The notes under the pieces were generated by a model, which was given only the letters and a program-made list of their open reading frames with translations, made no database searches and had not been told where the DNA came from. Shown piece after piece: positions 52,669 through 61,758 of a DNA stretch of 64,000 nt. The translations under genes were made by a program, and so were the position numbers. How positions within the stretch are numbered: the first letter of the stretch is position 1; each line of letters opens with the position of its first letter. The stretch comes from Pseudomonas aeruginosa PAO1 (GTDB lineage Bacteria > Pseudomonadota > Gammaproteobacteria > Pseudomonadales > Pseudomonadaceae), in NCBI RefSeq assembly GCF_000006765.1, contig NC_002516.2. The stretch is one strand, 5' to 3'.

Positions 52669-53919
52669 TCAGAACAGCGGCAGCTCATAGGTCAGGTACA
52701 GGCGGTTCTCGTCGATGTCGCGGCTGAAGGCCGAACGGTAGGTAGCGTTGCGCCAGACCAGCCCCAGTCCCTTCAGCGCACCGCCCTGCAACACGTAGCG
52801 CAGGTCGCTGTCGCGTTCCCACTCGCGACTGCCGTCGGCGCCCTTCGGTTTCGCGCCATGGCCGCTGAAATAGCGCGTCATCAGGCTCAGGCCGGGCACC
52901 CCGAGCGGCGCGAAGTCGCAGTCGTAGCGCAGTTGCCAGGAGGATTCGCCAGCCTCGGCGAAGTCGTTGTACTGGCCGAAATTGACCAGGTACGGATCGG
53001 TCCCCTCCAGGTAGGGGAAACCGTGGTCGCCGCTCATCCGCTGGTAGCCCAGGCCGAAGGCCTGGCCGTTGCGCAGGCGGTAGGTGAGCGACCCGCTGAA
53101 GGAACGGTTGTCGATGCGCCCGCCGCGAGCGCCGCCGGTATCCCGGCTGAGCGCCAGGCGCAAGTCGCTCTCCAGGCTGTCCGCAGCGATGCCGATGCGC
53201 CCCTTGAGACCGAGGAAATGCTGGGCGTAGACCTGCTCCAGTTCGCCATAGTGGTAGCTGCCGGTCCAGTCCGGGGCGATACGGTAGTCCAGGCCGGCCA
53301 GGTCGAAACGGTCCGCCTGCGCCGCGCCGGCGAACCGCCGGTTGCGGTTGAACAGCGCCAGGTCGCTGGTGCCCGCCTCGTTGCGCTGGCTGACCTCGGT
53401 CAGCCGTCCCAGGTTCAGGCTCAGTCCGCTCAGTTCACCGGAAGTCAGCAGCGCGCCCTGGAACACCTGGGGGAATAGCCGCCCGTAGTTGGGCTGGATG
53501 GTCGGTAGCTTCGGTACCAGGCCGCCGACCTTCAGTTCGCTGCGCGACAGGCGCAGCTTGGCGGTCGCGTCCAGCCGCGCGTAGTCGCCCGCCGCGCTGC
53601 CATCGTCGCGAAGCGGAAGCAGGCCGGTGCCGCTACGCCCCGCGCCGGAATCGAGCCGGACGCCGAGCTTGCCCAGCAGGTCGAGACCCACGCCGAGGGT
53701 GCCCTCGGTATAGCCCGAGCGGTAGTCGAAGAGAAAGCCCTGGGCCCACTCCTCGCTTTTCGCACGTCCCGCGCCATCGCGGAAGTCGCGGTTCATGTAG
53801 AAGTTGCGCAAGGCCAGGCTGGCCCGCGAGTCTTCGAGGAAGCCCTCGGCCAGGGCGGGAACGCTATCGCCGGCAAGGATCGGCAGCAGGAAAAACGCGC
53901 ATTTCTTGTTGTTGTTCAT
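52669..53919 (-). CDS. opdR: OprD/Occ-family outer membrane porin (416 aa; recalled as OpdR)
   Basis: LRNFYMNRDFR, SGYTEGTLGVGLD, DENRLYLTYELPLF C-terminus. Confidence 0.88.
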   Translation of the reverse strand: MNNNKKCAFFLLPILAGDSVPALAEGFLEDSRASLALRNFYMNRDFRDGAGRAKSEEWAQGFLFDYRSGYTEGTLGVGLDLLGKLGVRLDSGAGRSGTGLLPLRDDGSAAGDYARLDATAKLRLSRSELKVGGLVPKLPTIQPNYGRLFPQVFQGALLTSGELSGLSLNLGRLTEVSQRNEAGTSDLALFNRNRRFAGAAQADRFDLAGLDYRIAPDWTGSYHYGELEQVYAQHFLGLKGRIGIAADSLESDLRLALSRDTGGARGGRIDNRSFSGSLTYRLRNGQAFGLGYQRMSGDHGFPYLEGTDPYLVNFGQYNDFAEAGESSWQLRYDCDFAPLGVPGLSLMTRYFSGHGAKPKGADGSREWERDSDLRYVLQGGALKGLGLVWRNATYRSAFSRDIDENRLYLTYELPLF

Positions 53920-53971
53920 ACGCACTCCGAACGGGCGCCTGGGCGCCTCTTTTTCTAGGGGGAACGGTGTC

Positions 53972-55177
53972 TCATCGGCAGCGCTCGATCACCATCGCCA
54001 CGCCCTGGCCGAGCCCGACGCACAGGCTGACCACCGCGTAGCGCCGCTCGATGCGTTGCAGCCCGCGGGCGGCGGTGAGCACCAGGCGCGCACCGGAGGC
54101 GCCGAGCGGATGGCCGAGGGCAATGGCGCCGCCATGGGGATTGACCCGCGGGTCCTCGTAGTCCAGGCCGAGCAACTTCAGGCAGGCCAGGACCTGCGGC
54201 GCGAAGGCTTCGTTGATCTCGATCAGGCCGACCTCGTCCAGGTCGATGCCGGCGCGTTGCAGCGCGCGGAGGATCGCCTGCTGCGGGCCGATGCCCATCA
54301 ACCGGGGCTCGACGCCGACGCTGGCGCTGGCGAGGATCCGCGCCAACGGCCGGATGCCCTCGCGCTCGCCGATCGCGCGATCGCCCAGCAGCACTACCGC
54401 CGCCCCGTCGTTGATCCCAGACGCATTACCGGCGGTCACTACCCCACCGGCGAACAACGCCGGCAAGCGCGCCAGGGCCGCCAGGTCGGCCTGCGGTCGC
54501 GGATGCTCGTCGCGCTCCACCAGCCGCGTCTCGCCCTTGCGTCCGGCACGCACCTCCACCGGAAGGATCTCGCCGAGGAAAAAGCCCTCCTCCAGCGCAG
54601 CCTGGTAGCGCGCCTGGGAAGAAGCGGCGAAACGGTCGGCGTCTTCGCGGGCGATGCCGAAGGCGCGGGCCACGTTGTCGCCGGTCTCCGGCATGCTGTC
54701 GTTGCCATAGCGCTCGACCAGCCTGGGGTTGGCGAAGCGCGCGCCGATGGTGCTGTCGAAGACCTCCAGCGTGCGGCTGAAGGCGCTCTCCGCCTTGCCC
54801 ATGACGAACGGCGCCCGGGACATGCTTTCGGCGCCGCCGGCCAGGTACAGCCGGCCCTCACCGCAACTGATCGCGCGCGCCGCGTCGATCACCGCCGACA
54901 GTCCGCTGGCACACAAGCGGTTGACCGTCTGCCCGGGCAGCCGCGCCGGCAGGCCGGCTGCGAGCAGCGCGTTGCGCGCCAGGTTGCGGCTGTCTTCGCC
55001 GGCCTGGTTGGTGCAACCGAGGATCACATCCTCCAGGTCGTCGACGGCGAACCCGGAGGTTTCCGCGAGACGCGCCAGCAGCAGGCCGGCCAGGTCGTCC
55101 GGACGCACCGTCGAGAGTGCACCGGCATGCCGGCCGAAAGGCGTACGCAGGCCGGCGTAGATATAGGCATCGAGCAT
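53972..55177 (-). CDS. Thiolase, PaaJ/PcaF-like (401 aa)
   Basis: NRLCASG, NEAFA, GHPLGASG, SLCVGLGQG; start at 55177. Confidence 0.93.
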   Translation of the reverse strand: MLDAYIYAGLRTPFGRHAGALSTVRPDDLAGLLLARLAETSGFAVDDLEDVILGCTNQAGEDSRNLARNALLAAGLPARLPGQTVNRLCASGLSAVIDAARAISCGEGRLYLAGGAESMSRAPFVMGKAESAFSRTLEVFDSTIGARFANPRLVERYGNDSMPETGDNVARAFGIAREDADRFAASSQARYQAALEEGFFLGEILPVEVRAGRKGETRLVERDEHPRPQADLAALARLPALFAGGVVTAGNASGINDGAAVVLLGDRAIGEREGIRPLARILASASVGVEPRLMGIGPQQAILRALQRAGIDLDEVGLIEINEAFAPQVLACLKLLGLDYEDPRVNPHGGAIALGHPLGASGARLVLTAARGLQRIERRYAVVSLCVGLGQGVAMVIERCR

Positions 55178-55199
55178 GGTGTGTTTCTCCGCGAAAGGA

Positions 55200-56732
55200 T
55201 CAGGAGGCCAACGGGCTGTCCGGCTGGCGCAGGGAAAGGCCCAGTTGGGCGCGCCGGCGCAGCCAGGGACTGGGGCGATAGCGCGGGTCGCCGCTGAGCG
55301 CATGCAGGCGTTCGAGGATGCGCAGCACGCGCCCGGCGCCCAGTCGGTCGCCCCACTCCAGCGGCCCCAGCGGATAGCCGAGACCGAGGCGCACCGCCAG
55401 GTCGATGTGCTCCACCGAAGCGATACCCTGCTGGGCGATGTCGCAGGCGAGATTGACGATCGAGGCGAGGGTGCGCTGGACGATGAACCCGGCGCTGTCG
55501 CGAATCAGCGTGACGCCCACGCCGTCCCGTGCGAACAGGGTGCGAGCCGCCTGCTGCAGCTCCGCTCGGGTCGCCGGGCAGGCCATCAGGCAGCGGTGTC
55601 GCTCCAGGTCCGACAGCACGTCGATGGCCAGGCTGCGCGTCGGATCGACGGCGAACCGCCGCGCTGCGGCGCTGACGTCGGCGCCCAGTGGCGCAAGCAG
55701 GCACAACGGCGCCCCGGAAGGACGCTCGCCGCTCTCCACCTCGGCGCCCAGACGTTGTAGCAACATCAGCAATGGCGCGCGGTCATGTTCGTCGTCGACG
55801 CCCAGCCACACCGGCGGCAACGCCGCGCCTGGCGCAACCGCCGGGGCGGCGACGGGCACCTGCCCAGCGCCGTCGTAGCGGTAGAAGCCCTGGCCGCTCT
55901 TGCGCCCCAGGCGGCCGGCGGCGAGCATCTGGCGCAGCAAGGGATGCGGACGATAACGCGGCTCCTCGTAGTACTGCCGGTAGATCGACTCCATCACCGG
56001 CAGGCTGACGTCCAACCCGACCAGGTCGAACAGCTCGAACGGGCCCATGCGGAAGCCGGCGCCCTCGCGCAGGACTTCGTCGATCGCCGCCACCGGCGCC
56101 ACGCCCTCGCCGAGGATACGCAGCGCCTCGGTGCCGAAGGCCCGTCCGGCATGGTTGACGATGAAGCCGGGGCTGTCCGTGGCACGCACCGCCTGGTGGC
56201 CGAAGGTCGCCACCAGGGCGCACAGTCGCTCGGCGATGCCGGTGCGGGTGGCGAGACCCTCGATCACCTCCACCAGACGCATCAGCGGCACCGGATTGAA
56301 GAAGTGCAGACCGGCGATCCGGCCGGGATCGCGACAGGCCGAGGCGATCGCGGTAACCGACAGCGAGGAGGTATTGCTGGCGAGGATCGCTTCGTCGCCG
56401 ACCACCTCTTCCAATTGGCGGAACAACGCCTGCTTGGCCTCCAGGTTCTCGACGATCGCCTCGATCACCAACTGGCAGCCGCCTAGGACCCGCAAGTCCT
56501 CGACCACCCGCAGATTGCCCATCGCGCGCTCGACAGCCTCCGCCTCCAGCCGGCCCCGCTCCACCTGCCGGGCAAGGACCGTGGCGATCTGCTCGCGCGC
56601 TTGCAGCGCCACCCCCTGGCGGCTGTCGTAGAGCAGCACCGACAGTCCGGCACAGGCAGCGAGCTGGGCGATGCCCTGGCCCATGGCACCGGTACCGACG
56701 ATACCGATGAGAACGATCGATGGCTCGCTCAT
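55200..56732 (-). CDS. 3-hydroxyacyl-CoA dehydrogenase, PaaH-like (510 aa)
   Basis: IVGTGAMGQG, SNTSSL, LHFFNP, duplicated C-terminal domain; ATG overlaps the upstream stop. Confidence 0.92.
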   Translation of the reverse strand: MSEPSIVLIGIVGTGAMGQGIAQLAACAGLSVLLYDSRQGVALQAREQIATVLARQVERGRLEAEAVERAMGNLRVVEDLRVLGGCQLVIEAIVENLEAKQALFRQLEEVVGDEAILASNTSSLSVTAIASACRDPGRIAGLHFFNPVPLMRLVEVIEGLATRTGIAERLCALVATFGHQAVRATDSPGFIVNHAGRAFGTEALRILGEGVAPVAAIDEVLREGAGFRMGPFELFDLVGLDVSLPVMESIYRQYYEEPRYRPHPLLRQMLAAGRLGRKSGQGFYRYDGAGQVPVAAPAVAPGAALPPVWLGVDDEHDRAPLLMLLQRLGAEVESGERPSGAPLCLLAPLGADVSAAARRFAVDPTRSLAIDVLSDLERHRCLMACPATRAELQQAARTLFARDGVGVTLIRDSAGFIVQRTLASIVNLACDIAQQGIASVEHIDLAVRLGLGYPLGPLEWGDRLGAGRVLRILERLHALSGDPRYRPSPWLRRRAQLGLSLRQPDSPLAS

Positions 56733-57526
56733 TTTCCCAGGTACTCCGCTGTGCGTTTTTCCAGGAAGGCACGCATGCCCTCCTTCTGGTCGTGGCTGTC
56801 GAACAGCAACTGGAAGGCCTTGCGCTCCAGCGCCAGGGCCTGGTCCAGCGGCAGGTCGGCGCCGGCCAGGACCACTTCCTTGATCTGCGCCAGCGCCAGC
56901 GGCGGCAGGCCGGCGATCTGGCGAGCCAGTTCGAGGGCGCGATCCAATGCCTGGCCATCCGCCGCCACCTCGCTGACCAACCCTATGGCCAGGGCCTCCG
57001 GCGCCCGTACCGTGCAACCGGTAAACAGCATGCGCAGCGCCTGGAACTTGCCCACCGCTCGCACCAGGCGCTGGGTGCCGCCGGCGCCGGGCATCACGCC
57101 GACACGGATTTCCGGCTGGGCGAAGCGCGCCGAGGCACCGGCGACGATCAGGTCGCAGTGCATCGCCAACTCGCAGCCTCCGCCCAGGGCATGGCCCTCC
57201 ACGGCGGCGATCAGCGGTTTGCGGCAGGCGGCGAGGGCCTGCCAGTGGCGCTCCACCCCGCGCTGCTGGATCTCCAGCGCGGACGCCTCCGCCAGTTCGT
57301 TGAGATCGGCGCCGGCGGCGAACGCCGTGCCATTTCCGGTGAGGACGATGACCCGGGTATCGGCGCACTCGTCGAGGCGCCGTACGTGCTCCGCCAGAGC
57401 CTCGCGCAGGCGCATGTTCAGGGCGTTGAGCACTGCCGGGCGGTTCAGTCGCAACAGGGCCACGCCCTGCTCCGGCCGCTCCAGCAGCACGAGTTCGGGG
57501 CGCACCGCCCCAGGGGAGGAATCCAT
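56729..57526 (-). CDS. Enoyl-CoA hydratase (265 aa)
   Basis: FAAGADL, ALGGGCELA, QPEIRVGVMPGAGGTQRL; ATG 57526 behind GGAGA. Confidence 0.93.
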   Translation of the reverse strand: MDSSPGAVRPELVLLERPEQGVALLRLNRPAVLNALNMRLREALAEHVRRLDECADTRVIVLTGNGTAFAAGADLNELAEASALEIQQRGVERHWQALAACRKPLIAAVEGHALGGGCELAMHCDLIVAGASARFAQPEIRVGVMPGAGGTQRLVRAVGKFQALRMLFTGCTVRAPEALAIGLVSEVAADGQALDRALELARQIAGLPPLALAQIKEVVLAGADLPLDQALALERKAFQLLFDSHDQKEGMRAFLEKRTAEYLGK

Positions 57527-57585
57527 GGCCATCTCCAATTGCCCGGGGATTGAGTTGCACGGCGCAGGCCGTGCCGTGAGGGGTT

Positions 57586-58773
57586 TCAGGCGCGGACGAT
57601 GCCGCGCCGGACCAGCGCGTCGATCGCCTCGGCGCTCAATCCCAGTTCCGCCAGGACTTCCCGGGTGTCTCCGCCCAGCACCGGCGGCGCGGCGCGGTAA
57701 CTGGCCGGGGTGCGCGAAAGCTTCACCGGCGAGGCGATGCCGCGATAGCCCTCGAGTTCGACGACCATCCCGCGATGGCGGGTGTGCGGGTGCTCCACCA
57801 CCCGATCCACCGTGGCGATGGCTCCGCAGGGCACGCCGAGACGGATCAGCCGCTCGGCCAGCTCGCGACCGTCGTGGGCCGCCAGGTAGTCCTCCAGGGC
57901 GCGCTTCAGCGCCTCGCGGTTGACCGAGCGCTTGCCGTTGTCGGCGAAGCGCGGGTCCCCCGGCAGTTCATCCGCTCCCAGGTACTCGCACAGGCGGGCG
58001 AACTGGCGGTCGTTGCCGACGGCGAGGAAGATCGGCTCGGTACCGGTGCGGTAGCTGTCGTAGGGCGCGATGTTCGGGTGGGCGTTGCCGCTACGCCGGG
58101 GCGTACGTCCGGAAGCGAAGTAGTTCGGCAGGTGCGGGTGCAGCAGGGAGATACCGCAGTCGTACAGGGTGATGTCCACCGACTGCCCGCGCCCGCTGAC
58201 CTGGCGCTCGTGGAGGGCGAGGAGGATGCCGGCCATGGCGTTCAGCCCGGTGACCATGTCGACGATCGGCAGGCCGATGCGCAACGCGTCGCCGCCGGCC
58301 TCGCCGTTCACGCTCATCAGTCCGGCCATCGCCTGGATCGCCGCGTCGTAGCCGGGCAGGCCGCCGAGCGGGCCGTCGGCGCCGAAGCCCGATACCGCGC
58401 AGTGGACCAGCCGCGGGAAGCGCTGGCGAAGCACCTCCTCGTAGCCGATCCCCCAGCGCGCCAGGGTGCCGGGCTTGAAGTTCTCCAGCAGTACGTCGGC
58501 GTCCTCCAGCAAGCGCAGCAGCAGCTCGATGCCCTCCGCCGTCGCCAGGTCGACGGCGATGCCCTTCTTGTTGCGGTTCACGCCCTTGAAGTAGGACGCC
58601 GTGTCGCCCTCGAAGGGCGGCCCCCAGCCACGGGTCTCGTCGCCGCCGAGGGGTTCCAGCTTGATCACCTCGGCGCCGTGGTCGGCCAGCGCCTGGGAGC
58701 AGTAGGGTCCGCCGAGGACCCGGCTGAGATCGATGATTTTCAGGCCACGCAGGGCGCCCGTCTGATTGGTCAT
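57586..58773 (-). CDS. Family III CoA-transferase (CaiB/BaiF, 395 aa)
   Basis: LSRVLGGPYC, GAEVIKLEP, NRNKKGI, ENFKPG, PGYDAAIQA. Confidence 0.93.
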   Translation of the reverse strand: MTNQTGALRGLKIIDLSRVLGGPYCSQALADHGAEVIKLEPLGGDETRGWGPPFEGDTASYFKGVNRNKKGIAVDLATAEGIELLLRLLEDADVLLENFKPGTLARWGIGYEEVLRQRFPRLVHCAVSGFGADGPLGGLPGYDAAIQAMAGLMSVNGEAGGDALRIGLPIVDMVTGLNAMAGILLALHERQVSGRGQSVDITLYDCGISLLHPHLPNYFASGRTPRRSGNAHPNIAPYDSYRTGTEPIFLAVGNDRQFARLCEYLGADELPGDPRFADNGKRSVNREALKRALEDYLAAHDGRELAERLIRLGVPCGAIATVDRVVEHPHTRHRGMVVELEGYRGIASPVKLSRTPASYRAAPPVLGGDTREVLAELGLSAEAIDALVRRGIVRA

Positions 58774-58811
58774 GGCGACTCTCTGGTTGTTGTGAGCGGG
58801 AATGCGGGCAG

Positions 58812-60539
58812 TCAGGCCGGCAGCAATTGCATGGCTTCGGCCTGGCTCAGCGGCACCTCGCCGACCACCCTGGCCAGCAGTTCGGCCTGGTCGGTCCAAC
58901 CCTCCAGGTGCAGCGGGTCGCGCGGCAGCAGCTTGTGCCGGGCGACCAGGAAGGCCAGGGCCAGGCGGCGCTGGTCGGGTGCCTGGCGGCTGGCTTCCCA
59001 GGCCATGAAGATCGCCGTGCACAGGTGGTAGAGGGCGCTGCCGGCCTGGCGCACCTGTTCATCCTGGCGGCGCTCGGCGACGTCGGCCATGGTCGCGACC
59101 ACTCGCACCAGCAGTTCGTCGAAGAGGTCGCGGGCGTCCCCTGGCAGGTCGCTGTCATCCAGCAGCCGGCGCAGGTGGCGCTGCAAGGGTTCGAGCGCCT
59201 GTTCGCGGCTCACCGCACGAGCGACGTCCAGCGCCACGATGTTGCTGGTACCCTCCCAGATCGACCCCAGGTGGGCGTCACGCACCAGCCGCGGGTCGCT
59301 CCACTCCTCGATGTAGCCGACCCCGCCGCGCACCTCCATGGCGTCGCCGGTGACCCGTCGCGCATCGCGGCAGGCGCGGAACTTGATCAGCGGGGTGAGG
59401 ATCCGCACGCATTTCTGCGCCTCGACCTCGCCGCCATCGGCGCGCGGCAGCAGCGTGGCGATCTGCATGAACATCGAGCGCGCCTGTTCGGTGGGCAGCA
59501 TCATCTTCAGCAACTGCTTCTGCATCAGCGGCATGTCGATCAGGTGCTTGCCGAAGGCGCGCCGATGGCGGGCGACGAACAGCGCCTCGCTCAGCGCCCG
59601 GCGCATCAGCCCGGCGGCGCGCACGCCGTTGGACAGGCGCGACATGTTGACCATGTCGGCCATCTGCTGGAAGCCGCGGCCGATCTCGCCGATCAGGTAG
59701 GCGCTGGCGCCTTCCAGGCGGACTTCGCCGCTGGCCATGGAGCGGCTGCCCAGCTTGTCCTTCAGGCGGACGATGCGATAGGCGTTGCGCGTGCCGTCCT
59801 CGCGGACCTTCGGCAACAGGAACAGGGTCACGCCCTTCATTCCTTCCGGCGCGCCTTCGGGGCGGGCCAGGACCATCGCCAGGTCGGCGTCCGGGTTGGA
59901 GCAGAACCACTTGTCGCCGTAGAGCTTCCACTCGCCGCCCTGCTCCCGCGCCACGGTACGGGTCCGCGCCACGTCGGAGCCGGCGGCCTGCTCGGTCATG
60001 AACATGGCGCCCTGGAACAGCTCGTCGAAATCCCGCGAGGCGAGGGACGGCAGGTAGCGCTCGACCAGTTCTGGCGCGCCGAACCTGCGCAGGGTGCGGG
60101 TCAGCGAGTCGGTCATGCTGACCGGGCAGCAAAGGCCGAACTCGGCCTGTACGAACAGGTGGGTGAGCGCATACTTCACCAGCGGCGGCGGGCCGTCCGG
60201 GCGATGGCTCATGGAAGCCAGGCCAAGTTCGGCATAGGCCACCCGTTCGAGGGCGACGTAGTCCGGATGCTTGCGAATGCTCTGCAAATCCTCGCCGCGG
60301 CGGGTGCGCGGCGCCAGCACCGGCGGGTTCTTGTCCGCCGCCAGCGCCAGCACGTCCAGCTCGCCGCCGGCACGGGCGCCGAGCCGTTCGAGGAGCGGCC
60401 GCCATTCGGCGAGCAACGCCGGCGGCAGGTATACCTCCAGCAGCCGCTCCAGGGCCGGATCGCAGGTGTAGAGATTCAGCCCACGGCTGTCGGGGATGTT
60501 CAGCGTATCTTCGCGAAGTATTTCGGGCATGGCGGTCAT
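58812..60539 (-). CDS. Acyl-CoA dehydrogenase, AidB-like long form (575 aa)
   Basis: CPVSMTDS, MFMTEQAAGSD, LKDKLGSRSMASGE, SIWEGTSNI. Confidence 0.92.
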   Translation of the reverse strand: MTAMPEILREDTLNIPDSRGLNLYTCDPALERLLEVYLPPALLAEWRPLLERLGARAGGELDVLALAADKNPPVLAPRTRRGEDLQSIRKHPDYVALERVAYAELGLASMSHRPDGPPPLVKYALTHLFVQAEFGLCCPVSMTDSLTRTLRRFGAPELVERYLPSLASRDFDELFQGAMFMTEQAAGSDVARTRTVAREQGGEWKLYGDKWFCSNPDADLAMVLARPEGAPEGMKGVTLFLLPKVREDGTRNAYRIVRLKDKLGSRSMASGEVRLEGASAYLIGEIGRGFQQMADMVNMSRLSNGVRAAGLMRRALSEALFVARHRRAFGKHLIDMPLMQKQLLKMMLPTEQARSMFMQIATLLPRADGGEVEAQKCVRILTPLIKFRACRDARRVTGDAMEVRGGVGYIEEWSDPRLVRDAHLGSIWEGTSNIVALDVARAVSREQALEPLQRHLRRLLDDSDLPGDARDLFDELLVRVVATMADVAERRQDEQVRQAGSALYHLCTAIFMAWEASRQAPDQRRLALAFLVARHKLLPRDPLHLEGWTDQAELLARVVGEVPLSQAEAMQLLPA

Positions 60540-60615
60540 GGCGCGGCTCCTGCTTGTCTTGCGCCGAGACTAGGCGAGTGCTTCGATAAGCATCCAATAC
60601 AAAAAAAATCATCGA

Positions 60616-60634
60616 CGATAAGAAAAACAGATCG
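60616..60634. promoter_or_regulatory. LysR recognition site in the divergent promoter
   Basis: CGAT-N11-ATCG dyad containing T-N11-A. Confidence 0.55.
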
Positions 60635-60652
60635 TAGAACCAGGTGCCTGCC

Positions 60653-61540
60653 ATGGATCTCAGACAGCTTCGCTACTTCATCGCGGTCGCCGAGGAACTG
60701 CATTTCGGTCGCGCCGCGGCTCGCCTGTTCATCTCCCAGCCGGCGCTGAGCTTCGACATCAAGAAGCTGGAGGAACAGCTCGGAACCCAATTGCTGCTGC
60801 GCAACAACAAGTCGGTGAAGCTCACCGGCGCCGGCCAGGTCCTGCTGGTGGAAGCGCGCAACCTGCTGCTGCAGGCAGAGAAGGTGAAACGCCTGACCCA
60901 GCTATCCGCCGAGGGCGACGTCGGCCAACTGCGCGTCGGCTTCGTCAACTCCATGCTCTACCGCGGCCTGCCCAGGGCCATGTCCCGCTTCGAACGGGAG
61001 CACCCGAACATGGAGGTGGTGCTCGGCGAAATGAACAGCGCGGAGCAGGCCCAGGCATTGCAGCGCGGGCAGATCGACCTGGGCTTCGTGCACTGGGGCA
61101 GGCTGCCGGCGGAAATCGTCTCCGAACCCTTGATCAGCGACCCGTTCCTCTGCTGCCTGCCCGCCGGGCACCGCCTGGCTGGCCAGGCGCGTCTGGACCT
61201 CGCCGAACTGCGCGACGAAGACTTCATCCTCTTCCCGCGCCATGTCTCCCCGCACTACCACGACCTGATCATCGCCCGCTGCGTGGACGCCGGCTTCAGC
61301 CCGCGCATCCGCCACGAGGCGCGCCTGTGGCAGACCGTCGCCGCCATGGTCGGTCTCGGCATGGGCGTCGCGCTGATCCCGGAGACCCTCTGCCTGGCCT
61401 GGCGGAACGAGGTGCGCTACCTGGAAATCGAGCCGGCCGGCGCGCGTTCGGAGATCCACGCGATCCTTCCGGCCAGCGAACCTTCCCGGGCGGCGCAGGC
61501 GTTCCTGGCGACGCTGAAGAGCGGCCTGGACGACGCCTGA
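60653..61540 (+). CDS. LysR-family regulator (295 aa)
   Basis: MDLRQLRYFIAVAEELHFGRAAARLFISQPALS HTH. Confidence 0.94.
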   Translation: MDLRQLRYFIAVAEELHFGRAAARLFISQPALSFDIKKLEEQLGTQLLLRNNKSVKLTGAGQVLLVEARNLLLQAEKVKRLTQLSAEGDVGQLRVGFVNSMLYRGLPRAMSRFEREHPNMEVVLGEMNSAEQAQALQRGQIDLGFVHWGRLPAEIVSEPLISDPFLCCLPAGHRLAGQARLDLAELRDEDFILFPRHVSPHYHDLIIARCVDAGFSPRIRHEARLWQTVAAMVGLGMGVALIPETLCLAWRNEVRYLEIEPAGARSEIHAILPASEPSRAAQAFLATLKSGLDDA

Positions 61541-61758
61541 GCGAGGGCTGACGGAAAACGTCGATATGGAATCCCTTATCGAGCCATAAGATTAAAAGAC
61601 TATTGATTTGCGGGGGTGCCACCTAGACTCCGAGGCACCCGGGTCAACACCGACGCACGCTTTCCCTCCACGGAAACCAGCGTTTCCGCCCCGCCTTTCA
61701 GCGAAGGGCGGTAGGGCGCGGCGTGTCGACGAGAACAACAATAAACAGGACTCGACCC

